A stretch of DNA of 61,845 nucleotides, the filler included, from Basidiobolus ranarum (Eukaryota): the NCBI GenBank assembly GCA_040143965.1. It is 14 parts of 14 records of this genome, joined end to end, with 100 filler letters (N's around TTAATTAATTAA, not from the genome) between each part and the next. Parts side by side here need not be neighbours in the genome. Positions count along the whole stretch, not along the records: positions 1 to 4,333 come from JASJQH010002004.1; positions 4,434 to 8,763 come from JASJQH010002005.1; positions 8,864 to 13,193 come from JASJQH010002006.1; 11 more parts are not named here. The stretch is one strand, 5' to 3'. The position numbers were made by a program, and so were the translations under genes. Of this stretch, positions 1 to 11,347 are shown one piece after another. Every line of letters begins with the position of its first letter. Within the stretch, counting starts at the first letter, position 1. The notes below the pieces were generated by a model. The model saw nothing but the letters and a program-made list of their open reading frames with translations, did not search any database and was not told where the DNA came from.

Positions 1-1613
1 CGAGGTGAATCAAGGCCCAGTGCATCGCCTAACACAAACCGTGTATCCTGTTTACTAGTGTGAGCATCCTCCAGTTGAGATTTAAGATGACCCTTAGAAG
101 GTGGCGAACAGTGTATCGAATGAACCAGTGTCAATAGCGTTTCTGTGGTTGGCGGATCCCTCTTGAATTTCAGATAGCCTGCCAGTATCTCTTGCTGAAT
201 AGCAAACTCAGTTTCTTGACTCCATTTCAAAAGAATACCATCGTTCGACACTACAACTTTTCTTTCTATGAGATTACGTATAATCGAAGGGCTGGGTATT
301 GACATCACATTACGAAGAGATAGTGTTTGCACTATGCCTAACCCTAATACGCATTCAGCCATATCCAAATTTTGATAGTAACAAATGGTACTAGTCATGA
401 AAGACTTGATCAGATCTCTTGGCAAGGATACCATCAGCATTTTAAGGAGTAATGGATATCCACAGTTTAAAGCATGTTGAATGTATTGTTGTAGTAGCCT
501 TATGCCGAAGTTTTTTCGCCCAAGATCTACTAAATACATTACCACGTCTTCCGGTTGCCGTCCGGTAAAGTAAGGTTCATATATTTTCCTCCCTAGTGTA
601 ACACTTCTCAATAGTTCCAAGTAGCTTACTGAGTCCCTGTAAGTGCTAAATCGCTTTTCCAATTCTTGGATTTGACAAATACTGAGCGCGTTAGAAATCT
701 GATTCCGCTTATAAGCATACTTGTGTAGAATTTTTGCCACAGCTACATTTGGAATATCCACGAACATATCACACTCGACGTGTACGCTATAGGGCGCATT
801 GAAAAGCTTCTCCAGAGTGTCAACATACCCTGCCAACGTACATGCTTTAGCTACATGAGTTAAAACCTTTTCTTCGTTGGGATAAGTTCGAATGATCCAT
901 CGATACGTTTTCTCCTTTGCTGAACACGTTGAGGATAACGCTGTAATTAAAGTTGCAACTTTCTTATTCTTGAGAAGCTTCTTGGTTCGGGTAATATCAT
1001 TATTTATTAAAAGCCCCCGGATACAGATGCTGTCAGCAATTAGAGGGCAGTACTCTTTATTCTTCAAGTACCAGTTGCAGAGTTCTCCTGAATTATATAA
1101 ACCTTCAATAATATATTTACGCAAGTCAGTAGAACTACAGTGGAAAGTTTTGTTTCTTTCAAATAAGTATTCCAACATTTCCATCTTCCCTTCCCTAATA
1201 CAGATTATCTTCGCATGAGTGTCGTGTTCTTTGTAATCCTCGCCGATAAAGGAAATGATTTGTAATAAAATAGATAAATCCCCGTGACAAACAGCACTTA
1301 CGAGCAAGTACTCGTTTGGAAAGGATTTGAAATTAAGAAGCCATTTGAGAAATGGTTTATGACGCCTTTTAATGGCTTCTTCTAAGAGGAATCCAGAGCC
1401 CTCTCTACCTGGTATTAAATATTTAAGACGTTCTTTATGCCTATATGTAAGGTTAAAATATAGCAAACAATCGCCAACATAGAAAAAGATATTCTCTTGA
1501 ATTTCTGGCGAAAAAAGGGTGGAAATAGACTTGGCAAAAGCCCGAAAGTCTGTCTGCATATGGAGGGTAAATCTATGGAATTTAGAAGCACCTTCCAGTG
1601 GACTTGGTGGCAT
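1..1613 (-). CDS. Intronless hypothetical protein with N-terminal F-box-like motif and degenerate ankyrin-like repeats (3' partial, >537 aa)
   Basis: Manual translation from ATG at 1613 (in-frame TAA just before it) stays open to the contig edge, which probably explains its absence from the ORF track. Motifs: LFSPEIQENIFFYVGD, then LLEEAIKRRHKPFLKWLL, LLVSAVCHGDLSILLQII, CIREGKMEMLEYLFE, ACTLAGYVDTLEKLF, HALNCGYPLLLKMLM. Confidence 0.7.
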   Translation of the reverse strand, partial: MPPSPLEGASKFHRFTLHMQTDFRAFAKSISTLFSPEIQENIFFYVGDCLLYFNLTYRHKERLKYLIPGREGSGFLLEEAIKRRHKPFLKWLLNFKSFPNEYLLVSAVCHGDLSILLQIISFIGEDYKEHDTHAKIICIREGKMEMLEYLFERNKTFHCSSTDLRKYIIEGLYNSGELCNWYLKNKEYCPLIADSICIRGLLINNDITRTKKLLKNKKVATLITALSSTCSAKEKTYRWIIRTYPNEEKVLTHVAKACTLAGYVDTLEKLFNAPYSVHVECDMFVDIPNVAVAKILHKYAYKRNQISNALSICQIQELEKRFSTYRDSVSYLELLRSVTLGRKIYEPYFTGRQPEDVVMYLVDLGRKNFGIRLLQQYIQHALNCGYPLLLKMLMVSLPRDLIKSFMTSTICYYQNLDMAECVLGLGIVQTLSLRNVMSIPSPSIIRNLIERKVVVSNDGILLKWSQETEFAIQQEILAGYLKFKRDPPTTETLLTLVHSIHCSPPSKGHLKSQLEDAHTSKQDTRFVLGDALGLDSP

Positions 1614-2091
1614 TTACCTAGCTGCTACGCAATAATTAATGATATCTTGTGAAACTAGTCATAATAGTCCTGATCCTACTAATAGGATTGAATTGTCCGG
1701 AACTTCAATGAATGGCATTATTGAACATGTAAAAAAGGCCAAAAGTATGGGCTAAAAGTGTGTAATTGTATTCACGATAACATGGGTTACTTATAAGGCT
1801 ATCTTCTAATACAACATAATATCCCAAATAATCACTTAGTCACTGTTAACATTTGTACATTAGTTTTACACAAATCTAAGGACAATCGACTATTGGAAAA
1901 TTAAGCACAACACGAGCAACGCATACTATGCATGAATATCGAAGGTGTGAGGAAGCGGAACAGTCACCGGTAGAATTTATGCAGGAAAAAAGAAAGCTCT
2001 CGCTTACCTATATTTGGCAGTTGGGTTATTGCATAAACATAGCTTAATTACGGAATTGGAGAGCTATTGCAATTGGAGTAGACTAGATAAA

Positions 2092-2150
2092 CTTAGTAAC
2101 CACCTTCTCTTCTTAGTAACCTCCTTCTCTTCTTAGTAACCACCTTCTCT
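2092..2150. repeat. 3 x 20-bp tandem repeat CTTAGTAACC(A/T)CCTTCTCTT
   Basis: Directly visible in the intergenic region between two divergent genes. Confidence 0.9.
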
Positions 2151-2614
2151 ATCACAAATCAGAATACTTTCAGGTAAAAGCTACAACCATGTGTTCAACC
2201 ATCGCTTACTAGTAATGAAGTAGTGGTTATTTATTCAGGTCCAAATCACAAGGTACACCAGCTAGAAACAGCGCAAACTGTCTAACATATTGATTCAAAG
2301 TAGACTACTTTGAAGGTGCCTACTTCGCTTACTTTTCTCGCAATATTCCTGATTGCAGTACTTCTTCCCACCACCTACTTCTTTTTTCGATACCAATGCA
2401 AACCAATTATATCATTGATTGAAGGGTTGAGTTCGCTTATTGGATATTATGCCACCTACTTGATTGGATATTGTGACGTGTAAAGTCATTTCGGGTTGGA
2501 AAGTGCAAGCCTCTTGCAGGAATTTGTTGACTCTCTTTTCCAATATAAACCAACGAAACTTTGTGCAGTTGTCAATATCAATCTCGCTCTTCATTATTTT
2601 CTGTACTAAATCAT

Positions 2615-4333
2615 ATGGTAAGCATCACTGAAATAGCTTTGCTGCTTCTAGCATGCACCTCCGCTGGCAGGGTCGACAGTGCTCCAAGTAAACACGTTGT
2701 GCTACATATATTATTACGAATCCAACTAACACTTTTTGTCACTCAGTTAATGAAAGCTCTTCCGTCGGGAAAGTTACTTTGGCTACTGGGAAGAATGGTG
2801 CCGTCGCTGCTGACTCGCAAATATGTTCCGAGGCTGGTGTGCAAATTTTGAAGAGCAACGGGAATGCCGTCGATGCTGCTATAGCCACTGCATTGTGTCT
2901 TGGTACAGTCAATAGTTTCTCGTCTGGTATTGGCGGTGGTGGCTTCATGACTATTCGTACCAGCAATGGCACAGTTGATTTTATCAACTTCAGAGAAACA
3001 GCACCAGCTGGTGCGTCAACCGAGATGTTTAAAAATAAACCTGACGCTTCCCAGGTTGGCGGTCTTTCTATTGGTGTACCAGGAGAAATTCGGGGTTTCG
3101 AGTTGGCTCATAAAAAATACGGTCGCATCTCATGGGATAAATTGTTTCAACCAGCGATTCGACTTTCTCGTAATGGTTTCCCAGCAACGGAGCAGCTGGC
3201 AATCAAATTAAAATTTTATAAGGATTTAATCTTAAAGAACCCAGCTTTCAGAGAAATTTACGCACCTCGAGGAGATGTCTTGAAAGTGGGAGAGCTGGTA
3301 AAGAGGTCTCGTTTTGCTGACACATTGGAGGAAATAGCTATGAATGGACCTGATGCATTCTACAAGGGAAAAATCGCCAATTTCATTGTGAGTGCGATTC
3401 AAAATGCTGGTGGGATCATTACTTTGGATGATCTTAGCTCGTACCAAGCAGTATCGAAGCCTCCGCTCGTAGGCTACTATCGAGGTCACAAAGTGATTGC
3501 TGCACCACCACCTGCAAGTGGCTCAGTTGTTCTTTCAGTGCTGAATACTCTAGAAGGATACGATCTTCCCACTGATAAACTGAGTGATCTTAATCTTCAT
3601 CGAGTAATTGAATCATTCAAATATGGTTATGCCCAGCGTACATCCCTTGGGGATCCTGATTTTGCCAACACAACAGCCAAGATTTCTGAGATGTTATCGA
3701 AGGATCAAGGAGCTCTAAGACGCCATAACATCTCAGACACAAGAACTTTTCCAGTTGAGTATTACCACCCAAGTTACCAGCATAAAGATACACCAGGTAC
3801 CACTCATTTATCGACCATGGATAAAGAAGGCGGAGCAGTGGCTTTGACCACCACTATCAATCTTGAATTTGGATCTAAAGTTCTAGATCATGAAACTGGT
3901 ATTGTTTTCAATAATGACATGGATGACTTTTCCTCACCTGGATTGGTGAATGCATTCGGAATCCTTCCATCACCAGACAATTTTATTCAACCTGGCAAAC
4001 GTCCACTCTCATCCATGTCACCAACCATAGTAGAGACCGACGGGTATCCATCTTTAGCGGTTGGCGCCAGTGGTGGTAGTTACATAACAACGGCAACAAT
4101 CCAAGCCATTCTCAATATATACGATTTTGCTGAAAGCGTCGATAAAGCAATTGCTGCTCCTCGTGCTCATCATCAGCTAATGCCGGATGAAGTGACTGTA
4201 GAGCCACAATACGCTGAACATTACATTAAATCTTTGGAAGCACGCGGACACAACGTTACCAGACTGGCTACAACACAATGTGTTGTCCACGCAGTTGCCA
4301 GACTACCCAGTGGATTTTTCAGCGCTGCATCTG
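2615..4333 (+). CDS. Gamma-glutamyltranspeptidase with signal peptide (last few codons cut by contig end)
   Basis: Exon 1 2615-2687 (MVSITEIALLLLACTSAG...), intron 2688-2746 (GTAAAC..CTAAC..CAG), exon 2 in frame. Motifs: GNAVDAAIA, SGIGGGGF, NFRETAP, GTTHLS (catalytic Thr), NNDMDDF, PGKRPLSSMSP, GASGGS. Confidence 0.95.
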
Positions 4334-4433
4334 NNNNNNNNNNNNNNNNNNNNNNNNNNNNNNNNNNNNNNNNNNNNTTAATTAATTAANNNNNNNNNNN
4401 NNNNNNNNNNNNNNNNNNNNNNNNNNNNNNNNN
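4334..4433. other. Artificial contig linker (N44-TTAATTAATTAA-N44), first of 13
   Basis: Identical 100-nt linkers start at 4334, 8764, 13194, 17623, 22051, 26478, 30904, 35329, 39753, 44176, 48597, 53017 and 57433. The core gives stops in all six frames. Confidence 0.98.
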
Positions 4434-5840
4434 CCATCCGAGTCTCCTCAAGAATTGTTTTTAATTAGTAATACTCATCGAGAATGAATACACTAATACC
4501 TTCTTTCGTAAACTACACGGCACGAGGCTGTGAGCTACATTTACCATGAAGGCCGACTGAGAAACAAGTCTTCCCTTATGGTTACATCCAATATGTCCTA
4601 GCTAAAATCAGGTGACTGGCCTCTACTGTGAAGAGCTTAGTGATGCTATATAGTCGTTGTTGAACATAATCGCCGTTGCCTTGGTATGAGCAATGCATAA
4701 GCGACCAACTGAAAACTACAAATGCATCTTGTAGATACGCTTCCTAGATGCTGCGCAGTAGCTAACCATACGAACAGCAGAACGTTGAGGAGACCAAAAG
4801 CACTCATCAGCAAGCCGTTCGATACAGTTGCCTTATAGAGAGCTTTCAGCAAGCTTAAATGCAGCACATGTTTAAATGAATCGAAACTACACGAGGTGGT
4901 CGCTCATTCCCACTCATAGCTTAAGGGTTGAGAAATTAGATGAGATTGAAAACTTAATCTCATCATGTAAGAGGCGTATCGGTCTCTGCAATATTAATAT
5001 AATTATGCTTCGGGATGGAATGTCGGATCTATGGTTGCTTCAATTACTAATAATACCATTGTTTGGCAACACTACTGGTGTACCACAGTGGACTATGTGT
5101 GACTCTTAGAGCCCTTATGGTTATGGCGCTCCTCTCAACCAAGATACAATCATCTGCAAGTAGTGATGATGCTCCTATCGTTTGCCTCAGACTACCTTAT
5201 CGTCACTACACGAATCGTGGCTCGCTTTCGCGATGCAGGCGGAATCCATCTCACAAAAAATACAACCATTGATTCAAACTGGGAATTGGGCCTCCTGATC
5301 TACTCCTGATCATTGAGTGTTCAAAGACATTCGTTGGGTAGTCAAAACAATGAAAACAATTTACCACGGTAGAGCTTCTCTAAGCAGAACCGGAGAAATA
5401 GGTACCCTGGAGAATTATACTAAAGTAGGAATAGCGAGTGCTGATAGTCAACCAATTTGTCCATTTGGAATCCGTTCGCGGAAAACCCTAGCGAATGTTT
5501 AAGGGTGCTAGTTAATCGATTGCCATGGCCAATCAGAATCTGCTGATGCAAACAGGAATCTATTTTTATTCGGGGGCTATTTCTTTTAAAGATGGTCTGG
5601 CAACCTCATCTTAGATAGCATTTCTCCTTTTCCACAGATAAACTCTAAAACAGAATTCCTACAGATAATTCGTATATTGATACATTCGCCGCCACAGCTC
5701 TCTTAGTATTATTGCTAACTACCTTTCGGTAACTGGTTATTGCTCATAAAATATCCAAAATATACTGAGGTCCTCCCTGGCTTCTAACAATCGTTGTGAA
5801 AAACCATAAACGTGGTTTCGTCTGTGATACTTTTGAAAAT

Positions 5841-6818
5841 ATGTCCAACATGGAGACTTATTATGGTGTTATTGAAAGCATTCAAGACGCCCTTCTAATA
5901 TTTGAAGCCTGTCGACTAGGTTATCTTCGAAGAGTCCAGCGCAGATTAAGTGACAAGGAGCGTCAAAGTCTGCGCTCTGGTTCGGTATATGTTTGGGAAG
6001 AAGAAGAGGCGGGAATGAGGCGTTGGACAGATGGAAGAACATGGTCTCCGTCTCGAGTCCACGGAAGCTTTCTTACTTATAGTGAGCTGGAGGGGAAACG
6101 TAAGTCTGTTAAACTAACGGACTCTCCTCCAGCATCCTCTATGTCTGGTACTGTATCGGATTTTGAAGCTGAATACGGGTGCTTGATAAAACAGTCACTT
6201 TCATGCACAACAGCGGATCAGAGAAAGCTCCATTTAGTTGCATATTATCGAAAGAGTCAATTGTCTACGGATAATCCTCCATCTCCTTCAAAAGATTCAT
6301 CTTTTGCTCAAATTGTTATCCCCAAAGGACTATACCCCGATATGACCGAGGAGTGGCCAGTCAGTTTAACTAACCCTACGGGTACCAATTTTGAAAAGGA
6401 GTTACAGCGTAATCTTGCCCTGAAGCGCAGAGGTTCATCTCCGAACTCATCAATTGTAGTCACCACCCCTACTACAAATGTAAATGGCTATACTTCCTCC
6501 AATTTGAGCTCGAAATATTCATCCATCAGTTCGGAAATAAAACCAGAGGAGGCCTCGATGGAGCAAGGAGCATCAAGCCCAGTATCTGAAAGTTCAATTA
6601 GCTCTAATGTAGGGAATGACTTGAGTCTTCATATTCCAAATTTGCCACGAGTATCGTTAGCCTTACCAACTAGCCTAGACAAGATGAATACGAGCCAAGA
6701 ATGTCGAACCTTGCCTCCGATTGAAGTGCCATATCTTAATGTACGACTAGGGTCTGGTCTACATAGCGAAGATCAACGGCAACTAGCAATTTTAAGTACT
6801 TCTTTCACTCTCTTTTAG
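5841..6818 (+). CDS. Gti1/Pac2 (WOPR) family transcription factor, Pac2-like
   Basis: WOPRa METYYGVIESIQDALLIFEACRLG...SGSVYVWEEEEAGMRRWTDGRTWSPSRVHGSFLTY; WOPRb LIKQSLS...LHLVAYY; C-terminal EDQRQL. First ATG at 5841. Confidence 0.93.
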   Translation: MSNMETYYGVIESIQDALLIFEACRLGYLRRVQRRLSDKERQSLRSGSVYVWEEEEAGMRRWTDGRTWSPSRVHGSFLTYSELEGKRKSVKLTDSPPASSMSGTVSDFEAEYGCLIKQSLSCTTADQRKLHLVAYYRKSQLSTDNPPSPSKDSSFAQIVIPKGLYPDMTEEWPVSLTNPTGTNFEKELQRNLALKRRGSSPNSSIVVTTPTTNVNGYTSSNLSSKYSSISSEIKPEEASMEQGASSPVSESSISSNVGNDLSLHIPNLPRVSLALPTSLDKMNTSQECRTLPPIEVPYLNVRLGSGLHSEDQRQLAILSTSFTLF

Positions 6819-7833
6819 CCTTGGACCGAGGTACTCTGTGGCCAGTTGGGCTGAAAAAGAACTCATTTTCCGCGTGCAGTCCTCATAGTTGACTGAGAAT
6901 CCCACGTTCTTCACTATCTACATCTTCTACTTAAAGCAGCCGCTTTTGTATAACTTCAACTTTTAATATCTCATAGCAGCAGGCGTTTCTCATGATCAAT
7001 AGTAAGATTATTTGAGCTTTGATAGGCTTAAATGGTATGAGGAATTTGATACCACTACTTATATAGAGTATACCAAGAACACTCACTTGTGGTATTGATT
7101 GATGGTATGATATGATATTCAATCTCTTCCAGCTCAACATACTTTGTCACAATCAATATGCTTGCTGCTAACTGATGAACACCTAGTGTTGCATAAGTAA
7201 TGGAGTAGAATAGATGAACCGACTGTACTGAATATGTTACTGAGAATCTGTAATTGTTCTCATTGCTCTGACCGCTGTAAAATATGTATTTAACAATCTT
7301 CTAGTCTATGAAAGTGTGAAGAAATATTGTAGTACATAGTAGTCTTCTAATGTCGGGCCACCAAACCTCACAAGGAGCTATACCCGCTTAAATATAACTG
7401 AAACTAATATAATAAATAGTATGGCAATTGACTCCTGAAGCTGCGTTGACTCATATTACTTATGACGAGAGCATTTGTCGTGGTTGTTGCACCTGTAACA
7501 AGCCCCGGATACTTAAAGGGAAGGAATGGAATCCTTCGTTTTGATGTCTTCAATTTTAGAGCTCATTGTGATAGTCAAATACTTTCAGGGGGTAGGGGGA
7601 TGATATATACCAAGGAGGTGTCACTTTAAATAGTTTCAATAAAGAGTCAAATGCACAATATACCTGAAATATCTACACCACTTCCAAGTTGCAAGTTGAA
7701 AGCTGGATGTTGCCTCAATCTAAACAGCATTAAAGTCCATATCAAATTATTTGCTTCATCTTTTATGAGAAAAATCATTTTAAACTTTGCTATGAATTTC
7801 TAAAGAGAGGTTTTCAGTTTTGTTAGCGATTGT

Positions 7834-7982
7834 TGTTGGAATTAACATAGCTTACACATCTGCGTAGTCATATATAGAGCTTAATATTTAGTTATTCTAT
7901 ATTTCACTAAGATATCATGCACTATTCTCAATTGGAATTTTCTTAGAAGTTTAAAGATATGTAGATTTGTTAAACTTGTTCT
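7834..7982 (+). mobile_element. 5' portion of a Copia LTR (family LTR-1), interrupted by another element
   Basis: TGTTGGAATTAAC...TCACTAAGATAT...ATTCTCAATTGGAA aligns by eye with the LTR at 36193. Confidence 0.6.
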
Positions 7983-8763
7983 TGTTTAATAATTATTCTT
8001 TATTCAACATCATAGTTAACTTTAGTTATGATACATATATCAGAGACAGCAAGCAACATATCTATAGCCCCTATATTCTAAATAGGAATATCTCTATATC
8101 TATATAACAAGTATGTCTTATTACCCACACTTATCTATTATATCTTATTACACAAACTCCTGAATATCCCAAACAATTGATTATTTTTCTACTATATAAG
8201 TCACCATATACTCTTAAGAATAAAGTAACTAAAACACACTATCATAAGTTGCTTCTAATACCCAAAGTCTACCCCTATTATGTCAAGATCCTCCAACATG
8301 GTAGCAGCAACTGAATTAGAGTCTTCTTACCAAAAGGAGGTTACTAATATTCCAACATTCAATGGGGAAGATTTCCATGAATGGAAATTCAAGATGCAAC
8401 TTGAGCTTGAAGGGAAACATGTCTGGGAAGTAGTTCAACCAGATGAGGAAGAAGAAACTTCAGAAGAAGAAAGTACAGATTCTGAGACTGAAATAAAGAA
8501 GCCAACATGCAAAGAAGCCAGTGCAGCCTTTGAAGAAAAAGACAGATTGGCATTTAGGAAAATATGTCTAAGACTGGGATCATAACAACTTATGCTAGTC
8601 AGAGATGCTGACTCTGCCAAGAATGCATGGGAAATCCTAGTGGAACATCATGAGCAAAAGGGCTTGCTCACTTGATGATACTATCAAGAAAGCTCTTAAA
8701 CTCTCATATGTCTGAGAATTCAGATATTATGACATATGTAAATGGTGTCAAGTAACTTGCCCA
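7983..8763 (+). mobile_element. Ty1/Copia 5' end: LTR (~7983-8298), PBS TGGTAGCAGC (8299-8308), degenerate gag
   Basis: TGTT..CAACA followed by a TGG PBS. Gag IPTFNGEDFHEWKFKMQLELEGKHVWEVV is a Copia gag N-terminus, with stops and frameshifts downstream. Confidence 0.8.
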
Positions 8764-8863
8764 NNNNNNNNNNNNNNNNNNNNNNNNNNNNNNNNNNNNN
8801 NNNNNNNTTAATTAATTAANNNNNNNNNNNNNNNNNNNNNNNNNNNNNNNNNNNNNNNNNNNN

Positions 8864-11347
8864 GTTAGAGTCTACGGAGTATACTGTATTTTCATCAAAC
8901 CCGAACTGAGCCGAAAATATTGAACTATCGCCAGTTTTCCATTCCATAGCTGAAGTTAAAGTTCGGCTATCTTTGAATGTGGAGAATTTAAGCTTACTTT
9001 CATGCAACATTTTGAATAAATGGATAGTTTATACCAAATACCCGGATAGTTCCACGAGAATCACCGGTTAAAATTAGTCGACCATTATGATTGAAGCAGG
9101 CTGTATTGATGGGCCCAGATGAAGTGTTTATATCGAAAACTCTCTGAAAGTAATCAATGAGTAAGTAGAGCGCAATTAAACAATCTAAAAATCAGCATGC
9201 CTCTTTTTGAAGTGACTTAGTATTCCACAGGATAATGTCATTCACTCCTGTATCACTTGGTGATTTTCGAGTAATACAACTGAGTAGAAGAGGCTCACTT
9301 GGACTATAGGCTAGTCGATTTACTCTAGAAATTGGAGTGGTAAATTGATCACTCCAAAAGACATAGCTATGATTACCAGAGATTACCTTGGTCCTTTCCC
9401 TTCTATTACAAAATCATGGACGAAATTTTTCGATTCAGTGCTGTACGCACGAATCTGTCCCTCCTCGTTACCCAAAAAGAGCTAAAAAAATGAATGATAC
9501 AATTAGTATGCGCCAAAGTGCCTTGTTAAAAGACAGTCACTTTATATACCATGCGTTCGGATTTGGCCTCCCACTCAATAGCTGAAATGTTTGTTGTAAA
9601 GATCATCTTTGAAGCTGCGTAGTTCGATTGTGGGTTATGACTCCACACTCTAGAAGAAAATGTACATAAATGTCTACCCATATACAATCTCTAAACACCT
9701 TACTCTCACCTGACTATGTTGTCAGAATCGCAACTACACACCAATGATCCATCATATGAGAATTTGGCAAGAGTTACCGCCGAAGTGTGCTCTAAAAATG
9801 CATCCTAAGACAATGATGTTAATAAAACAACTCCGAGAATTGGCAAAAATAGCTTATTACTTCATTGGTTAACATTATCGTTTCTGGAAACTCCTCTCGA
9901 ATAGCTTCGGATCCCTTTTTACTGGCCGGTGTTGGTGTTGGCGAAGTGGACTGAGGTTCCTCTTTAGAAGATCTAAAACCTCTAATGGAAAAACGTCTCA
10001 ACAAATCTCCTGGTGCACTGATTACCTGCGGAACACGAATAGTGTCACTGACCGATCTAAAGAAAAATAAATAAACATCTCTGAGCTTTCAGTAATAACA
10101 GATGTTGACAACTTCACCTCTCTTTTGCTCCCGATCTGCCAAATGAGCGATCAGAAGATGTTGAAGCTGCACGGCTCCGTACTCGAGGCATCTCCGGTGT
10201 CACACTGCGTGTCTGAGCAACCTATAAATACATTTCAGTCACTTGCTTCATGACTTCCATTAGATTTGCCAATTGTTACCTTTTGGCGTAATGCGGTGAT
10301 CTCAGAGTCTCCCGTTTCGACATCCAGCTTTAAATGTTCAATCACATTCTGCAATGCTTCTATTTCACATTGTAACGCCTTCCGTTTCAATCGATCAATA
10401 TTGAAGCATAATAGCCCAGGCAACGCTTCGCACGAGTTAAAGAATATGATTCGTATCAAAAAAGAAATTGGAACCGATGGTTGTTGAAAGGATACGCATG
10501 TTTTGAAATATTGTGTTCAAAAAATTGCTGAGAGATACGGTAAATGTTTCCAACCAAGATTTAACAAAATAGACTTGGAAGAAAGGATCAGATTCTGGCT
10601 TCTTGACAAACGGGAGTGCTTAAATATACGGTTGGTTACTTTTGAAATCTAAATTCATTAAAACGTATCCTTGAAACATACAAAACCACCGATCCCAATC
10701 AGGGTTTCCAACCAATTCACCACCGAAGACTTCAAAAAATTCCAGTATTTTATCCTTTCTTTGCTGTTGGGTTGCTACAAAAGTTGCCTCTTTTATCAGA
10801 AACTGCACGCAATAAGAACTGGAATATTCCGTACCGTAGATTAAGTAGTACTTGAGTAGACAAGCTTCGTATTTTTTCACGTTCTTATAGAACCTAGTAT
10901 CTAAACGAGTAAAGAATCGGAAATTCAGGTATCTCCAAAATTCAAGCAAACTAGTGAGCTCGCCGGCTTGAACGTAACCAAATAGCTCATCTATTAATTT
11001 TTCCACCTATAAAAATAGAGAATTGTCGTCAAAATACGATTCGCCATTCAAGGATGGATATAATCGAGACGATGATGGATAGATGCATCCTTGTGGAAGG
11101 AAAACTCGCGCAAACTCGTTGAAAAATTAAAGGATAACTTCCAATACCTGAAACCCCTTATCTTTGTCTGCTTTCAGGTCAGCTTCGAAAGTACGATAGG
11201 TATTTAAGAAACCTCTAAACTGTAGGTTAAGGTATTAGTCAAACATTCACTCTTTTGCTTGGCACAATCTCTCTTCTCCGGAAATAACCTCTACATTACC
11301 AGTAAATATTCTTTCACCAGCTCGTCAGCCTGTTGAATACAATTCAT
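8864..11347 (-). CDS. WDR91: WD repeat-containing protein 91 homolog (multi-exon, 3' partial)
   Basis: Spliced translation MNCIQQADELVKEYLL/FRGFLNTYRTFEADLKADKDKGFQ/VEKLIDEL...WLETFTVSLSNFL matches the remembered WDR91 N-terminus. Then a coiled coil and WD repeats (FNHNGRLILTG, FGFDENTVYSV). Confidence 0.88.

Noticed and set aside
892-1218. 108-aa plus-strand ORF
   Set aside because: Antisense shadow of the long minus-strand ORF 1613-1.
2092-2150. Short direct repeats as a possible CRISPR array (also 22832, 24486, 52932)
   Set aside because: Tandem units without unique spacers, eukaryotic context and no cas genes.
2739-3489. Short ORFs overlapping GGT; similar ones over the DM9, trypsin, VPS53 and MBOAT genes
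   Set aside because: Alternative-frame or antisense shadows with no motifs.
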